64,000 nt of DNA from Candidatus Xenobia bacterium. GTDB taxonomy: Bacteria; Vulcanimicrobiota; Xenobia; Xenobiales; QWHO01. The stretch is taken from contig BTUM01000003.1 of NCBI GenBank assembly GCA_045863235.1, positions 64,001-128,000 on the forward strand, read 5' to 3'. The notes under the pieces are model-generated. The model did no database searches. It worked only from the letters and a program-made list of their open reading frames with translations, and had not been told where the DNA came from. A program made the translations under genes and the position numbers. Position 1 is the stretch's first letter, and every line of letters starts with the position of its first letter. Below are positions 1 to 9,907 of this stretch, piece by piece.

Positions 1-150
1 ATCGAGGCGGGTGAGCTGAAGAGCCACAACAGCCAGGTTCTGGCCGAATGCCTGCTGCGGGTGCTGTTCCTGGCGAGCCTGGACTCGGATCCGCCCGAGC
101 CGCTCATCGAGGTCTTCCTGGATGCCATTCTCGGAGGGCTGCTGCGTTGA
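1..150 (+). CDS. 3' end of probable TetR/AcrR-family regulator (partial)
   Basis: Frame 1 reads IEAGELK...IEVFLDAILGGLLR-stop, like a TetR C-terminal helix. The stop overlaps the TTG of the efflux operon. Confidence 0.5.
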   Translation: MEAGELKSHNSQVLAECLLRVLFLASLDSDPPEPLIEVFLDAILGGLLR

Positions 151-1580
151 GAGCCCTGTTGCTCTGCTTTCTGTTGCTGTTGCCAGTCCAGGCTCAAGGG
201 CCCGCCCTGCCCGACGCCGGCCAGGCCGCGCCCTCGGCCAGCCCTGCCCCGGGCCAGGTCGCGCCCGGCGCGACGCCGCAGCCAGGCGCCGCGCCGGACC
301 CTGATCCCGACCAGCCGACCCGGCTCGACGTCACCCAGGCCGTCACCCTGGCGCTCCAGGCCAGCCCTACCCTGGCCGAGTATCGCGCCCGGGTGCGCGA
401 GGCGGCCTATCGCATCGACGAGGCCAGCTCGGGCTACTTTCCCCGACTCGGATTTCAGGCCGGCTACACCAACATCCAGCCCGAGGTGTCCTTCCCCGGC
501 GATGACGGCAGCACGATCCTCATCACCCCGACCAACAACTACAACGTGCGACTGGTGCTCGACCAGGCCATCTATACCTTCGGCAGGCTGGAGTGGGCCA
601 CGGCCGCGGCCGAGCTGACCGAGTTGTCCATCCGCCAACAGTACCGGCGCGAGATCGAGAACCTCATGCTGACCACCGCCCTGGAGTTCGGGGCCGCCAT
701 ACTGGCCAGCCAGGCGGTGGAGATCGCTCTGGCCAACCTCAAGGCCCGCGAGCTCCAGCTGCGCGACGCCCAGACTTTGTTTGAGGCCGGCAAGGTGGCG
801 CGCTTTGACGTGTTGCGAGGCGAGACCGACCTCTCCAATGCCCGCCAAACCGTGATCCAGGCACAAACCCGCTTCAACCTGGCCAACGCCCGCCTGCTCA
901 GCCGGCTCAACCTGCCGCCAACCCATAAGCTCGAGCTGATCCCGCTCAGCGTCGAGCGAACCTTCGAGCCCGACCACGTGGCCGGGCGCGAGCAGGCGGC
1001 CAGGGACCGCCCCGAGCTGCAGGCGCTGGACTTTGCCATCCAGGCAGCCGAAGCCCGGGTCAACCTGGCCGGAGCCGAGCTGCACCCCAACCTGAGCCTG
1101 CGCACCCTGGCCGAGCACCGCACCGCCAGCGGCTTCACCCCCTCCCAGCAGGTGACCACCGGTCTGGTGCTGGACATCCCCATCTTCGACGGCGGCCTGA
1201 CCCCGGCCCGGGTGGCCCAGGGCAAGGAGGTGGTGGAGCAGCTCACCCAGAGCCGCGAGGAGACCCGCCGGGCGGTGCTTCTCGAGGTCGATCAGGCCTA
1301 TCTCGATCTGATCTCGGCTCAGGAGCAGCTCAAAGTCGCCCAGCAGACAACGATTCAGGCCACCGAGGCCGAGCGGGTGGCCCAGGTGCGCTATCGCTCC
1401 GGAGTCTCCACCAGCCTGGAGCTGCAGGACGCCATCACCGAGCTGAGCCGGGCCCGCTTCGGGGAGGCTACTGCCGAGTTCGACTTCTTCTCGGCCCAGT
1501 GCCGATGGTACCGGGCCGTGTCGGGGAAGAGCCCCATCCCCATCCCCGACGCGCTCTACGAAAGGACCTCGCCCGAATGA
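147..1580 (+). CDS. TolC-family outer membrane efflux protein
   Basis: GGAGG at 133-137 then TTG at 147; signal peptide; two OEP-type repeats (FPRLGFQAGY, IPIFDGG, YRSGVSTSLELQDA). Confidence 0.9.
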   Translation: MRALLLCFLLLLPVQAQGPALPDAGQAAPSASPAPGQVAPGATPQPGAAPDPDPDQPTRLDVTQAVTLALQASPTLAEYRARVREAAYRIDEASSGYFPRLGFQAGYTNIQPEVSFPGDDGSTILITPTNNYNVRLVLDQAIYTFGRLEWATAAAELTELSIRQQYRREIENLMLTTALEFGAAILASQAVEIALANLKARELQLRDAQTLFEAGKVARFDVLRGETDLSNARQTVIQAQTRFNLANARLLSRLNLPPTHKLELIPLSVERTFEPDHVAGREQAARDRPELQALDFAIQAAEARVNLAGAELHPNLSLRTLAEHRTASGFTPSQQVTTGLVLDIPIFDGGLTPARVAQGKEVVEQLTQSREETRRAVLLEVDQAYLDLISAQEQLKVAQQTTIQATEAERVAQVRYRSGVSTSLELQDAITELSRARFGEATAEFDFFSAQCRWYRAVSGKSPIPIPDALYERTSPE

Positions 1581-2866
1581 GACGATTGCTCATCCTCGCA
1601 ATGCTCTGCGCTGGCTGCGGCGGCTCGCCTCAGTCGACGGCCCCCACCGAGCCCCCGCCGGTGGCGGTCAGCCAGGCCGTGGTGCAGGCCGGCCAGTTGC
1701 CCGAGTACCTCGAGCTGACCGGACATCTGCGCTCGCTCGACCGGGCCGAGATCAGCTCGAAGATCAGCGGGCGGGTGGACGCGGTGCGGGTGCGCGAGGG
1801 AGATCGGGTCACGGCCGGAATGCCCCTGGTCGTGCTCGACTCGCGCGACCTGAACGCCCAGGTCGTGCAGGCCTCGGCCCAGATCGACGTAGCCTCGGCC
1901 ACACTCAAGGAGAGCCAGACCAGCGTGGGCCTGACGGCAGCCGATGTCAGCACAGCCCTGCGCAACGCCCAGCAGGGAGTCATCCAGGCCGAGGCCGAGG
2001 AAGCCAAGGCTCGAGCCGACCTGGCCGACGCCCGTCTCAACCTCGAGCGCGAGAAAAGCCTCTTCAAGCAGGATGCGGTTCCCAAGATCCAGGTGGAGCA
2101 GGCCGAGTTGCGCGCCAGGCTGGCCGAGCGAACCGTGGAGTCGGCCCGGGCCGCGGTCAAGGTGGCCCGTCAGCAGGTCGAGCTGGCCCGCGCCAATCAG
2201 TCGCGCCAGCAGCTCAGCCTGGACCAGGTGGGCGGAGCCCGGGCCGGGGTGACGGCCGCCCAGGCGGGCCTGAACACGGCCCTGGTGATGCAGGAATATG
2301 CCGTGCTCAGCTCCCCCATCGACGGCTATGTCATCCAGCGCGCCGTCGAGCCAGGTCAGATCGTGGGCCCGGGCGATCCCCCCATGCTGACCGTCGTGGA
2401 CAACAGCCGGCTGGAGCTTCTGGCCAGCGCTCCCGAATCGTTTGCCGCCTTCTTCAAGCCCGGCATGGCGGCGGAGGTGACCACCGACCTCTATCCCGAG
2501 CGCACGTTCTCAGGCCGGATCCGCCAGCTGGTGCCCTCGGCCGACCCCTCCACCCATGCGGTCAAGCTGCGCCTGGAGGTGAGCGACCGGGGCCGCCTCT
2601 TCGACGGAACCTACGTCAAAGCGCGTCTCAAGGTGCGTGACCACGTGGGGGTGCTGGTGCCCCGCCTGGCGGTGCAGCGCCGCAAGGACGAGGTCTATGT
2701 GCTGCTCGTTGAGGGCGACAAAGCCAGGAAACAGCCCGTCAAGGTGGCCTTCGAGGGGCCCACCCAGGCCATCGTCACCGAGGGCCTGAAGAGCGGCACG
2801 GCGGTCGTCACTGCCGGCTCGGAGGGACTGACGGACGGTCAGAAGATCAAGGTGGAGAATCGGTGA
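1577..2866 (+). CDS. RND efflux periplasmic adaptor (MFP), lipoprotein
   Basis: ATGA overlap; lipobox CAGC; ISGRVDAVRVREGDRV and SPIDGYV lipoyl halves around a coiled coil. Confidence 0.9.
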   Translation: MRRLLILAMLCAGCGGSPQSTAPTEPPPVAVSQAVVQAGQLPEYLELTGHLRSLDRAEISSKISGRVDAVRVREGDRVTAGMPLVVLDSRDLNAQVVQASAQIDVASATLKESQTSVGLTAADVSTALRNAQQGVIQAEAEEAKARADLADARLNLEREKSLFKQDAVPKIQVEQAELRARLAERTVESARAAVKVARQQVELARANQSRQQLSLDQVGGARAGVTAAQAGLNTALVMQEYAVLSSPIDGYVIQRAVEPGQIVGPGDPPMLTVVDNSRLELLASAPESFAAFFKPGMAAEVTTDLYPERTFSGRIRQLVPSADPSTHAVKLRLEVSDRGRLFDGTYVKARLKVRDHVGVLVPRLAVQRRKDEVYVLLVEGDKARKQPVKVAFEGPTQAIVTEGLKSGTAVVTAGSEGLTDGQKIKVENR

Positions 2867-5800
2867 GCATCTGGGAATTTTGCATCCGACGCCCGGTCTT
2901 CACGATCACCTTGATCGTGACCATGCTGGCCTTCGGGGTGCTCGGCTACACCCGCATGGGCATCGACCTCTACCCTCGCATCGAGCCGCCCGTGGTGGCC
3001 GTCAGCACCATCTTGCAGGGGGCCAGCCCGGAGGTGATGGACCAGGACGTCACCCGGGTGATCGAAGAGCAGGTGGGCACGCTGGAAGGCGTGGAGGTCA
3101 TCACCTCCACCTCCTCCGAGAGCCGCTCGGACGTGACCATCCAGTTCAAGCTCAGCCGCGACCTCGACGCTGCTGCCCAGGAGGTGCGCGACCGGGTGGG
3201 GGTGGCGGCCCTGCGGCTGCCCCCCGACATCGAGCCCCCCATCGTGCAGAAGATCGACCCCGACGCCCAGGCGGTCATGTGGCTCTCGGTCAGCGGCAAC
3301 GGCCCCTACGCCGAGCTCAGCTACTACTCCGAGAAGGTCATCAAGGAGCGTCTTCAGACCCAGCCCGGAGTGGGTGCGGTGGAGCTGGGGGGGTTTCAGA
3401 AGAAGGCCATCCGGGTGTGGGTCGATCCCGATCGCCTGCGCAGCTTCCGGCTCGGGCCCGCCGACGTGGTCAACGCCCTGCAGGCCTGGCAGCTCGAGCT
3501 CCCCGGGGGGCGCACCGAGACCGAGGTATCCGAGTCCACCATCAAGGTGGAGGGCGAATACAAGACCATCGAGGGCCTCTCCAGCCTGATCGTCAAGCAG
3601 GAGAACGGTGCCCTGGTGCGCCTGTCGGACCTGTCGCAGGTGGAGGACGGCCTGGAGGATCTGCGAGGCGCCTGCCGCTACAACGAAAAGCAGTCCATCG
3701 GGCTGGGCATTCTCAAGCAATCGGGCGGCAACACCGTGGCGGTCTGCGAGGCCGTCAAAGCGGCCCTGCCCGAGATAAGAGAGCAGATTCCCGACTGGAT
3801 CCACGTCGACGTGGCCTACGACGCCTCCCCATCCATCCGGGCCTCCATCGAGGGGGTGCAGTTCGACGTGCTCTTCGGAGCCCTCTTCACCTGCCTGGTG
3901 ATCGGCCTGTTCCTGCGCGACTGGCGCAGCACCCTGATCAGCGTGCTGGCCATCCCCACCTCGCTGGTCAGCTACTTCTTCCTGGCCGAGCGGCTCGGCT
4001 TCACCATCAACCAGATGACCATGCTGGGAATGTCTCTGGCGGTGGGCCTGGTGATCGACGACGCCATCGTGGTCATCGAGAGCATCCACCGGCGCCTTGA
4101 TCTCGGCGACGACGCCTTCGAGGCGGCCCGGCGAGGCACCGGCGAGGTGGCCTTCGCGGTCATCGCGGCCACCCTGGCCATCGGGGCCATCTTCTTGCCC
4201 ATCACCTTCATCAGCGGAGTGATCGGGCAGTTCTTCATCCCCTTCGGGCTGACCGTGGCCGTGACCATCCTGCTCAGCCTGGTGGTCTCGCTGACGCTGA
4301 CCCCGATGCTGGGGGCGCGACTGATGCGCAAGGAAGCCACCGAAGGGTGGCTGGCGCGCGCGCTGGCCTGGCCGGTAGAGACGCTGGAGTCGCTCTATCG
4401 CCGAGTGCTGGCGGTCAGCATCCACAACCTGTTCACGCGCCTGGTCACCCTGGCCATCGCCCTGGGAATCTTCGTGCTCAGCCTGGGCGCGGCCAGTCGC
4501 CTGGGAACAGAGTTCATGCCCGCCACCGACTCGGGCAACTTCCTGGTCTTCTTCAAGACGCCCCTGGGCAGCTCGCTGGAACTGACCAGCAAGCGCATCG
4601 AGGCGGCCGAGAAGATCGTGCTGGGGCGCAAAGAGGTGGAGGGAGCCTTCATGGCCATCGGCCTCTTCGACGGCCAGCCCAACTCGGGGCTCTTCTTTGC
4701 CACGCTGGTGCCCCGCGAGAAGCGCGACAAGTCGCAGCAGGAGCTGATGAGCGAGCTGCGCGGTCAACTGGCCGACATTCCCGGCCTGCAATCCTTCGTG
4801 GTGGCCAACGACCCGCTGCTGGTGGGCGCCGGCGCCACCCGCTCCACCGACATCGCCTACGTGATGCTGGGCCCCGACCTGGCCGACCTGGAGCGCTTCT
4901 CCGACGCCATCAAGCAGAAGATGATCGAGTCAGGCTCGTTCGTGGACGTGGACGACGATCTCGAGCTCTCGCGCCCCCAGGTGGATGTGGAGCTCAACCG
5001 CGAGGCGGCCGCCGACCTCGGGCTCAACACCCGGGACATCTCACTGGCCGTGCAGGTGATGATGGGCGGGCTGAACGCCGCCAAGTTCCAGGAAGGTGGC
5101 GATCGCTACGATATCCGCGTCAAGGCCCGCGATAGCTTCCGCCTGACCTCGGACAACATCGGACGCATCGCGGTGCGCACCCCCTCAGGGGGGATGGTGG
5201 ATCTGGCCTCGGTGCTCACCGTCAAGGACGGCCTCGGCCCCAACCAGATCAATCGCTACAACCAGCAGCGCTCGGTCACCATCAGCGCCAACGTCAAGGG
5301 GATCGCGGCCGGCGAGGGTACCGAGAAGTTCCTGGCCATCTGCCACGAGGTCATCGAAGGCAATCCCCAGTATTCCCTGGTGCCCACCGGCCAGTCCAAG
5401 CTCTTCCGCGAGGCGGCCGCCTACCTGGGATTCGCCTTCATCATGGCCTTCCTGGTCGTCTACGGAGTGCTGGCTATGCAGTTCGAGTCTTTCGTGCACC
5501 CCTTCACCGTGATGCTGACCGTGCCGCTGGCAACCATCGGCGTCTTCTTCGCCCTCTTCCTCACCGGGGCCACCGTCAACGTCTACAGCTTCATCGGCGT
5601 CATCATGCTGAGCGGCATCGTGACCCGTAACGCCATCCTGCTCATCGACCGCATCAACCAGCGCCGCGATCTGGGCCAGGACCTGCGCTCAGCCGTGCTC
5701 GAAGCCGGGCCGATCCGCCTGCGCCCCATCTTGATGACCTCCATCGCAGCCGCCGTGGGCATCCTGCCGGTGGCCCTGGGCCTCTCGGAGGGCGGGGAGG

Positions 5801-5931
5801 CGCGCGCCCCGATGGGCATCGCCGTGATCGGAGGGCTGTGCACCTCGACCTTCCTGACCCTGTTCGTCATCCCGTGCGTCTACATGCTGCTCGACTTCCT
5901 GGGCGGCAAGCGCAGTCACTCGAGAGCATAG
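2863..5931 (+). CDS. AcrB/AcrD/AcrF-family RND permease
   Basis: 1022 aa; CIRRPVFT start, GLVIDDAIVVIE and RLRPILMT motifs. Confidence 0.95.
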   Translation: MSIWEFCIRRPVFTITLIVTMLAFGVLGYTRMGIDLYPRIEPPVVAVSTILQGASPEVMDQDVTRVIEEQVGTLEGVEVITSTSSESRSDVTIQFKLSRDLDAAAQEVRDRVGVAALRLPPDIEPPIVQKIDPDAQAVMWLSVSGNGPYAELSYYSEKVIKERLQTQPGVGAVELGGFQKKAIRVWVDPDRLRSFRLGPADVVNALQAWQLELPGGRTETEVSESTIKVEGEYKTIEGLSSLIVKQENGALVRLSDLSQVEDGLEDLRGACRYNEKQSIGLGILKQSGGNTVAVCEAVKAALPEIREQIPDWIHVDVAYDASPSIRASIEGVQFDVLFGALFTCLVIGLFLRDWRSTLISVLAIPTSLVSYFFLAERLGFTINQMTMLGMSLAVGLVIDDAIVVIESIHRRLDLGDDAFEAARRGTGEVAFAVIAATLAIGAIFLPITFISGVIGQFFIPFGLTVAVTILLSLVVSLTLTPMLGARLMRKEATEGWLARALAWPVETLESLYRRVLAVSIHNLFTRLVTLAIALGIFVLSLGAASRLGTEFMPATDSGNFLVFFKTPLGSSLELTSKRIEAAEKIVLGRKEVEGAFMAIGLFDGQPNSGLFFATLVPREKRDKSQQELMSELRGQLADIPGLQSFVVANDPLLVGAGATRSTDIAYVMLGPDLADLERFSDAIKQKMIESGSFVDVDDDLELSRPQVDVELNREAAADLGLNTRDISLAVQVMMGGLNAAKFQEGGDRYDIRVKARDSFRLTSDNIGRIAVRTPSGGMVDLASVLTVKDGLGPNQINRYNQQRSVTISANVKGIAAGEGTEKFLAICHEVIEGNPQYSLVPTGQSKLFREAAAYLGFAFIMAFLVVYGVLAMQFESFVHPFTVMLTVPLATIGVFFALFLTGATVNVYSFIGVIMLSGIVTRNAILLIDRINQRRDLGQDLRSAVLEAGPIRLRPILMTSIAAAVGILPVALGLSEGGEARAPMGIAVIGGLCTSTFLTLFVIPCVYMLLDFLGGKRSHSRA

Positions 5932-6251
5932 CCAGCCTGGAGAATCTTCCCCTGGCGCAGGCAAACCACGAAGCGATGGACGCAGCGCCCGGCCTGGCTC
6001 TCGAGCACCGCCTGGTGGCGGGCTTTGCACAGGTGGATCCGCTGTCCCAGGGTGCGCGAGCCCAGCGACCAGACCACCGGTTCCTGGCCGGTCAGCACCC
6101 AACCCCTCCGTAAGAGCTCAGCCGGGTGGCGCACCAGAGCCACCAGACGTTCGGGGGTGATCCCCTGGAGGGCTCCCCGCAGGTTGATCAGCTCCTGGCC
6201 GATCTCGTCGGGGATGCAGAAGGCATTTCTGGTTCTCAGCAAGCGTTTCAT
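5916..6251 (-). CDS. small hypothetical protein
   Basis: 111-aa ORF with TAAGCT 6 nt upstream of the ATG (leaderless-type). Confidence 0.45.
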   Translation of the reverse strand: MKRLLRTRNAFCIPDEIGQELINLRGALQGITPERLVALVRHPAELLRRGWVLTGQEPVVWSLGSRTLGQRIHLCKARHQAVLESQAGRCVHRFVVCLRQGKILQAGYALE

Positions 6252-6430
6252 GCCCTGAGCTTAGGTGGGCGAGGTTGTGGGAGGGATGGCACCGACCACG
6301 GGCTCGTTAACAAATCGAAGCAAAATGTTCACATCTGTTCAGAACTCGGAAACCGGTTTCGACGAGCGGCAACCGGTCCTACGGGTCTATGCTGGAGCCA
6401 AGATACCCCCAACGAAAGGAAGCACCTCCA

Positions 6431-7282
6431 ATGCTGAATCCGCTCGTCAACCTGTCCGGTCCCCAGGCCCACCATCACGGCCATCGCCCCCACGGCCCCC
6501 AGCAGGGCAACGACGTCAAGCAGCTGCTCCAGTTCATGGTCGGCATGGCCGCCGGCATGCTGGCTGGCCAGATGCTCGCTGGCGCCCAGCAGGGCCAGCA
6601 CGGCCAGGGGTTCTCCCCACAGCAGAGTCCCGGCTTCGGCGGCGGGCTCAACCTGACCGGCTGCAACCTGAACCTGACCAATCCTCAGGGCCAGAACCAG
6701 CTCAATCCGTTCGGGGCCCAGGGCGGCCCGTTCGGTCTGAACGGCGGCCACAGCCCGTTCGGCCCGAAGGCCCCTCAGTGCTCTCACGGCCAGGGCGGCC
6801 AGGATCCCCAGTCGATGCTGGCGGTGGGCATCGCCATCGGGATGGCCCAGGCCCGCCAGGGCCAGGCCGGTGGTCCTCAGGCGGGCGGCCTGAACCTGAC
6901 CGGCAGCAACATCAACCTCGTCCCCGGTGGCAACGGCGACTTCGGCCGCAACCTGAGCGCCCAGCATCCGGGCGGGATCAACATCACCGGCAGCAACCTC
7001 ACCATGGGAGCGGGCGACTTTGCCGCCCTGCTCGGGAACACCCGCGGACCGATCAACCTGACCGGCAGCAACATCAACCTGGTGGGCGGCCAGGGCGGAG
7101 CCCAGCAGGGTGGACAGAGCCCGGAGGCCATGCTGGCCCTGGGAATCCAGCTCGGCAAAGCCATGGCCCAGCACCAGCAGGGTGGTGGGTGCAATCACCA
7201 GCAGCCTCAGCAACAGCAGACTTCGGGCGCCTTCGCCGTGGCAGGCGTGTTCCGCAGCGGAGTGGGGGGAGTGCTGGGCTGA
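6431..7282 (+). CDS. Gly/Gln/Asn-rich low-complexity protein with (L/I)N(L/I)TG(S/C)N repeats
   Basis: AAGGA SD before ATG 6431; coding-like codon usage; repeated motifs. Confidence 0.8.
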   Translation: MLNPLVNLSGPQAHHHGHRPHGPQQGNDVKQLLQFMVGMAAGMLAGQMLAGAQQGQHGQGFSPQQSPGFGGGLNLTGCNLNLTNPQGQNQLNPFGAQGGPFGLNGGHSPFGPKAPQCSHGQGGQDPQSMLAVGIAIGMAQARQGQAGGPQAGGLNLTGSNINLVPGGNGDFGRNLSAQHPGGINITGSNLTMGAGDFAALLGNTRGPINLTGSNINLVGGQGGAQQGGQSPEAMLALGIQLGKAMAQHQQGGGCNHQQPQQQQTSGAFAVAGVFRSGVGGVLG

Positions 7283-7306
7283 TCCGAGGCCAGGCAAAGG
7301 CCATCC

Positions 7307-7340
7307 AGCGCCCGGCGCCCTGAGTGGGGCCGGGCGCCTG
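7307..7340 (+). terminator. GC-rich hairpin between convergent genes (possible terminator)
   Basis: GCGCCCGGC...GCCGGGCGC stem downstream of the stop at 7282; no clear U-tract. Confidence 0.35.
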
Positions 7341-7425
7341 GTTGCAGGGGCCTGGATTTCCTTGTAGGGGCCGAAAGGTCGGCATTACCAGCCATCCTGG
7401 ACCCCGGTGCCCTCCCCTGACGTTC

Positions 7426-8415
7426 CTACAGCCCTCCCGCTTTCGAGCCATCCGAGCCCCATAGCCGGATCCGACCCTCTTCGTCGCCGGTCGCGATCCG
7501 GTCTCCGGTCGGGCTGACGGCCACCCGCACCACGCCTTTGTGACCCTCGAGACTGAAAGCCAGCTTGCCGCTCTCCACCTCCCAGACCCGAGCGGTTCCG
7601 CGGTAGGGGCTCTCGTCGTAGTTGATGCCCCCTGCGATGAGGCGCGTGCCGTCCGGGAACCAGGCCAGCGAGTGCAGCTGTTGGGAGGGATCGGCCAGGG
7701 TCTTGACCTGCTCGCCGCTGGTGATGTCATAGAGTCGCACTTCGCTGCCAGCCAGCGTGGCCAGGTAGCGTCCATCCTGGCTGAAGGCGACCTCGGTCAC
7801 CCAGCCTTTGTGTCCCTTGAGCTCGAGAATCTGCTCGTTGGTCAGCAGCGTCCAGACCCTGGCCGTTCCGGTCCGGTCCCCCGCCGCGAGCAGCGAGCCG
7901 TCCGGACTGAAGGTGACACTGTAGAACGGGTCGGAAGGGAGCTGGCTGGACCACTCGGCCTTCCCCGGCCCAACGCTCCACAGAATGGTCAGGCCCTGGC
8001 TCCAGCCGCTGGCGGCGGCGACCTGACGTCCGGAAGGGCTGTAGGCAACCTCCCACACCTGGGACTTGCAGCCCGCCAGGGCCATCTGCTTCTTGCCCGT
8101 GGTAGCGCTCCACAGCACCACCGTGCCGTCCTCCGAGCCGGTGGCCAGGACCTTGCCGTCCGGGCGATAGGCCACCGAGCTGAAACGCTTCTGGCCGCGG
8201 ATGCTGAGCGGCGGGGTCCGCTTTCTCAAGTCATGGACTTGCAGCAGACCGGGGTTGGAGAACCGTTCCCCGGGACCGATGCCCGCCACCGCCAGGCTGG
8301 CCCCATCGGGACTGAACTCCATGTCCGTGATCAGCGTGACCCGGGTGGACTCGGCCAGGCCGTGCCAGGTCAACAGGCAGCCTGCCAGGAGCGCAAGGAG
8401 AAGTCGTTTCGGCAT
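7426..8415 (-). CDS. secreted WD40-repeat beta-propeller protein
   Basis: GGAGGTG SD; signal peptide MPKRLLLALLAG; repeated VAFSPDG..LA...D..V.LW and GH motifs. Confidence 0.9.
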   Translation of the reverse strand: MPKRLLLALLAGCLLTWHGLAESTRVTLITDMEFSPDGASLAVAGIGPGERFSNPGLLQVHDLRKRTPPLSIRGQKRFSSVAYRPDGKVLATGSEDGTVVLWSATTGKKQMALAGCKSQVWEVAYSPSGRQVAAASGWSQGLTILWSVGPGKAEWSSQLPSDPFYSVTFSPDGSLLAAGDRTGTARVWTLLTNEQILELKGHKGWVTEVAFSQDGRYLATLAGSEVRLYDITSGEQVKTLADPSQQLHSLAWFPDGTRLIAGGINYDESPYRGTARVWEVESGKLAFSLEGHKGVVRVAVSPTGDRIATGDEEGRIRLWGSDGSKAGGL

Positions 8416-8471
8416 GGGAACACCTCCACGAGCATCCTGGGACCTCTGGGGTCCAGGTTCAATGACCGGGA

Positions 8472-9026
8472 TCAGCTCTCTTCGAGCCAGCCGCGATACC
8501 AGTCCAGGAAGCTCGGCACATCCTGATGGGGGCGCAGGCCGCCCCCCTCGGCCCGCGCGTCGTACCACACCCGGCCTCGCTCGGGACCGCTGACCACCAG
8601 CCAGGTGCGCAGCGCGCAGCCGTGGTGACAGATGGGGAACGCACCGTCCAGAGCAAACCAGTAGGCCGCATCCAGCTCGTGGTTCCAGCGCTCCTCCTCC
8701 TCGTCGGAAGCGAAGTGCTCAGGAGGATCGGTGGGGATGTTCCAGGGTTGGGTAAAAGGGAACGGAGCCGCCAGGGTGCCGGTGAGACCCTCCCAACCCT
8801 CGCCCAGGGGATAGATACCGTAAAACGGGCCGGCCCCACCATTGCCGGCGCGGGTCAAGAAGGCGGCGTAGTCCTCGGGCAGGCGGATGTCGTGGCGCGC
8901 TTGGAAAGCGGCCAGCCGCTCGAGGGAGAGGGGGGGATTGAGTTGATAGCGGTGGATGGAAGCGCCAAACCTCCGGCATTCGGGGTCGAGCCGGGCCAGC
9001 CTGGCCAGTGCGGCCGGAATGTCCAC
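8472..9026 (-). CDS. SMI1/KNR4 (SUKH) family protein
   Basis: LNPPLS..LAAFQARHDIRLPEDYAAFL...NGGAGP, CHHGC, G.VW and SFLDWYRGWL motifs. Confidence 0.85.
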   Translation of the reverse strand: MDIPAALARLARLDPECRRFGASIHRYQLNPPLSLERLAAFQARHDIRLPEDYAAFLTRAGNGGAGPFYGIYPLGEGWEGLTGTLAAPFPFTQPWNIPTDPPEHFASDEEEERWNHELDAAYWFALDGAFPICHHGCALRTWLVVSGPERGRVWYDARAEGGGLRPHQDVPSFLDWYRGWLEES

Positions 9027-9145
9027 CTACTCGGCCTCCGCACTCGTCTGGATCAGCGGAACGCAAGAGCGGCCGACCAACTCCACGAAACAGGTCGGTC
9101 CCGAGGGAAGCAGCGTGGCCACGAGGCGCACCGTCAGCCCCGCTA

Positions 9146-9396
9146 TCAACCGGGGAGGTCTTCGCCGAAGAGCACGTACCAGTTGTGCTTGGCGGACTGC
9201 ATCAGCTTCTCGTCCTGAAAATGGTTCCGGCACTCGGCCAGGCGCTCTGTGAATTCTGACTGAGATTGGAGTTGTGCACGAGCAAGCGCGTCCGGTAGTC
9301 GAAATCCGGCTCGCGCACCTGCCGCTCGATGGCCTGCGCGAGGTCCGTCGGATCAAGCGAGGGCCGAGTTTGGGTGAGCATCCAGAGATCCATCAC
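9146..9396 (-). pseudogene. internally deleted gene remnant (N- and C-terminal fragments out of frame)
   Basis: TATAAT promoter. MDLWMLTQTRPSLDPTDLAQAIERQ...DYRTRLL switches near 9275 to another frame reading ...AKHNWYVLFGEDLPG-stop. Confidence 0.5.
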
Positions 9397-9529
9397 TTCC
9401 GATTATAGTCGCACGGGTCCAGGCGGGAAAGTCCGACTATGAGAGCGTTCTTCGGTACCATTCGTCACTGAACGATCGGGCGGGATCCCCCATGATCAAG
9501 GTCGAAATCATGTGAAGGAGGGCCCCACC

Positions 9530-9826
9530 ATGTCCGAGCTCAAGATTCTGAAAGAGCAGATCGCTGACGACTTCCAGATGACCTGGAAGATACTGGGAGA
9601 GACGGCCGACCGGCTCGACCGGCGCATTGACCGTATCGTGCTCGACTTGCAGAAACTGGGGGGCGAGATGTCGGAAGGTCTACGCCAGGCGCAGGGCCGC
9701 ATGCGCCTGCTCGAGGAGCGCTTCGGCACGTTCGTGGGCGTGCTCGAGCAGGAGGCCAGCCGGGCCCACGAGCGTCTCGACGACCACGAAGAGCGCCTTC
9801 GTCGGCTGGAAGACCCGGCCGCCTGA
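9530..9826 (+). CDS. small coiled-coil protein
   Basis: AAGGAGG SD; heptad pattern ending LDDHEERLRRLE. Confidence 0.75.
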   Translation: MSELKILKEQIADDFQMTWKILGETADRLDRRIDRIVLDLQKLGGEMSEGLRQAQGRMRLLEERFGTFVGVLEQEASRAHERLDDHEERLRRLEDPAA

Positions 9827-9907
9827 GAGGAGGTAGATCGCCGTGCTACCCGACTCGCTTCGACTCAAAGCCGGTGATGCAATTGCCAGGACGGGCCAGC
9901 TCAAAGG

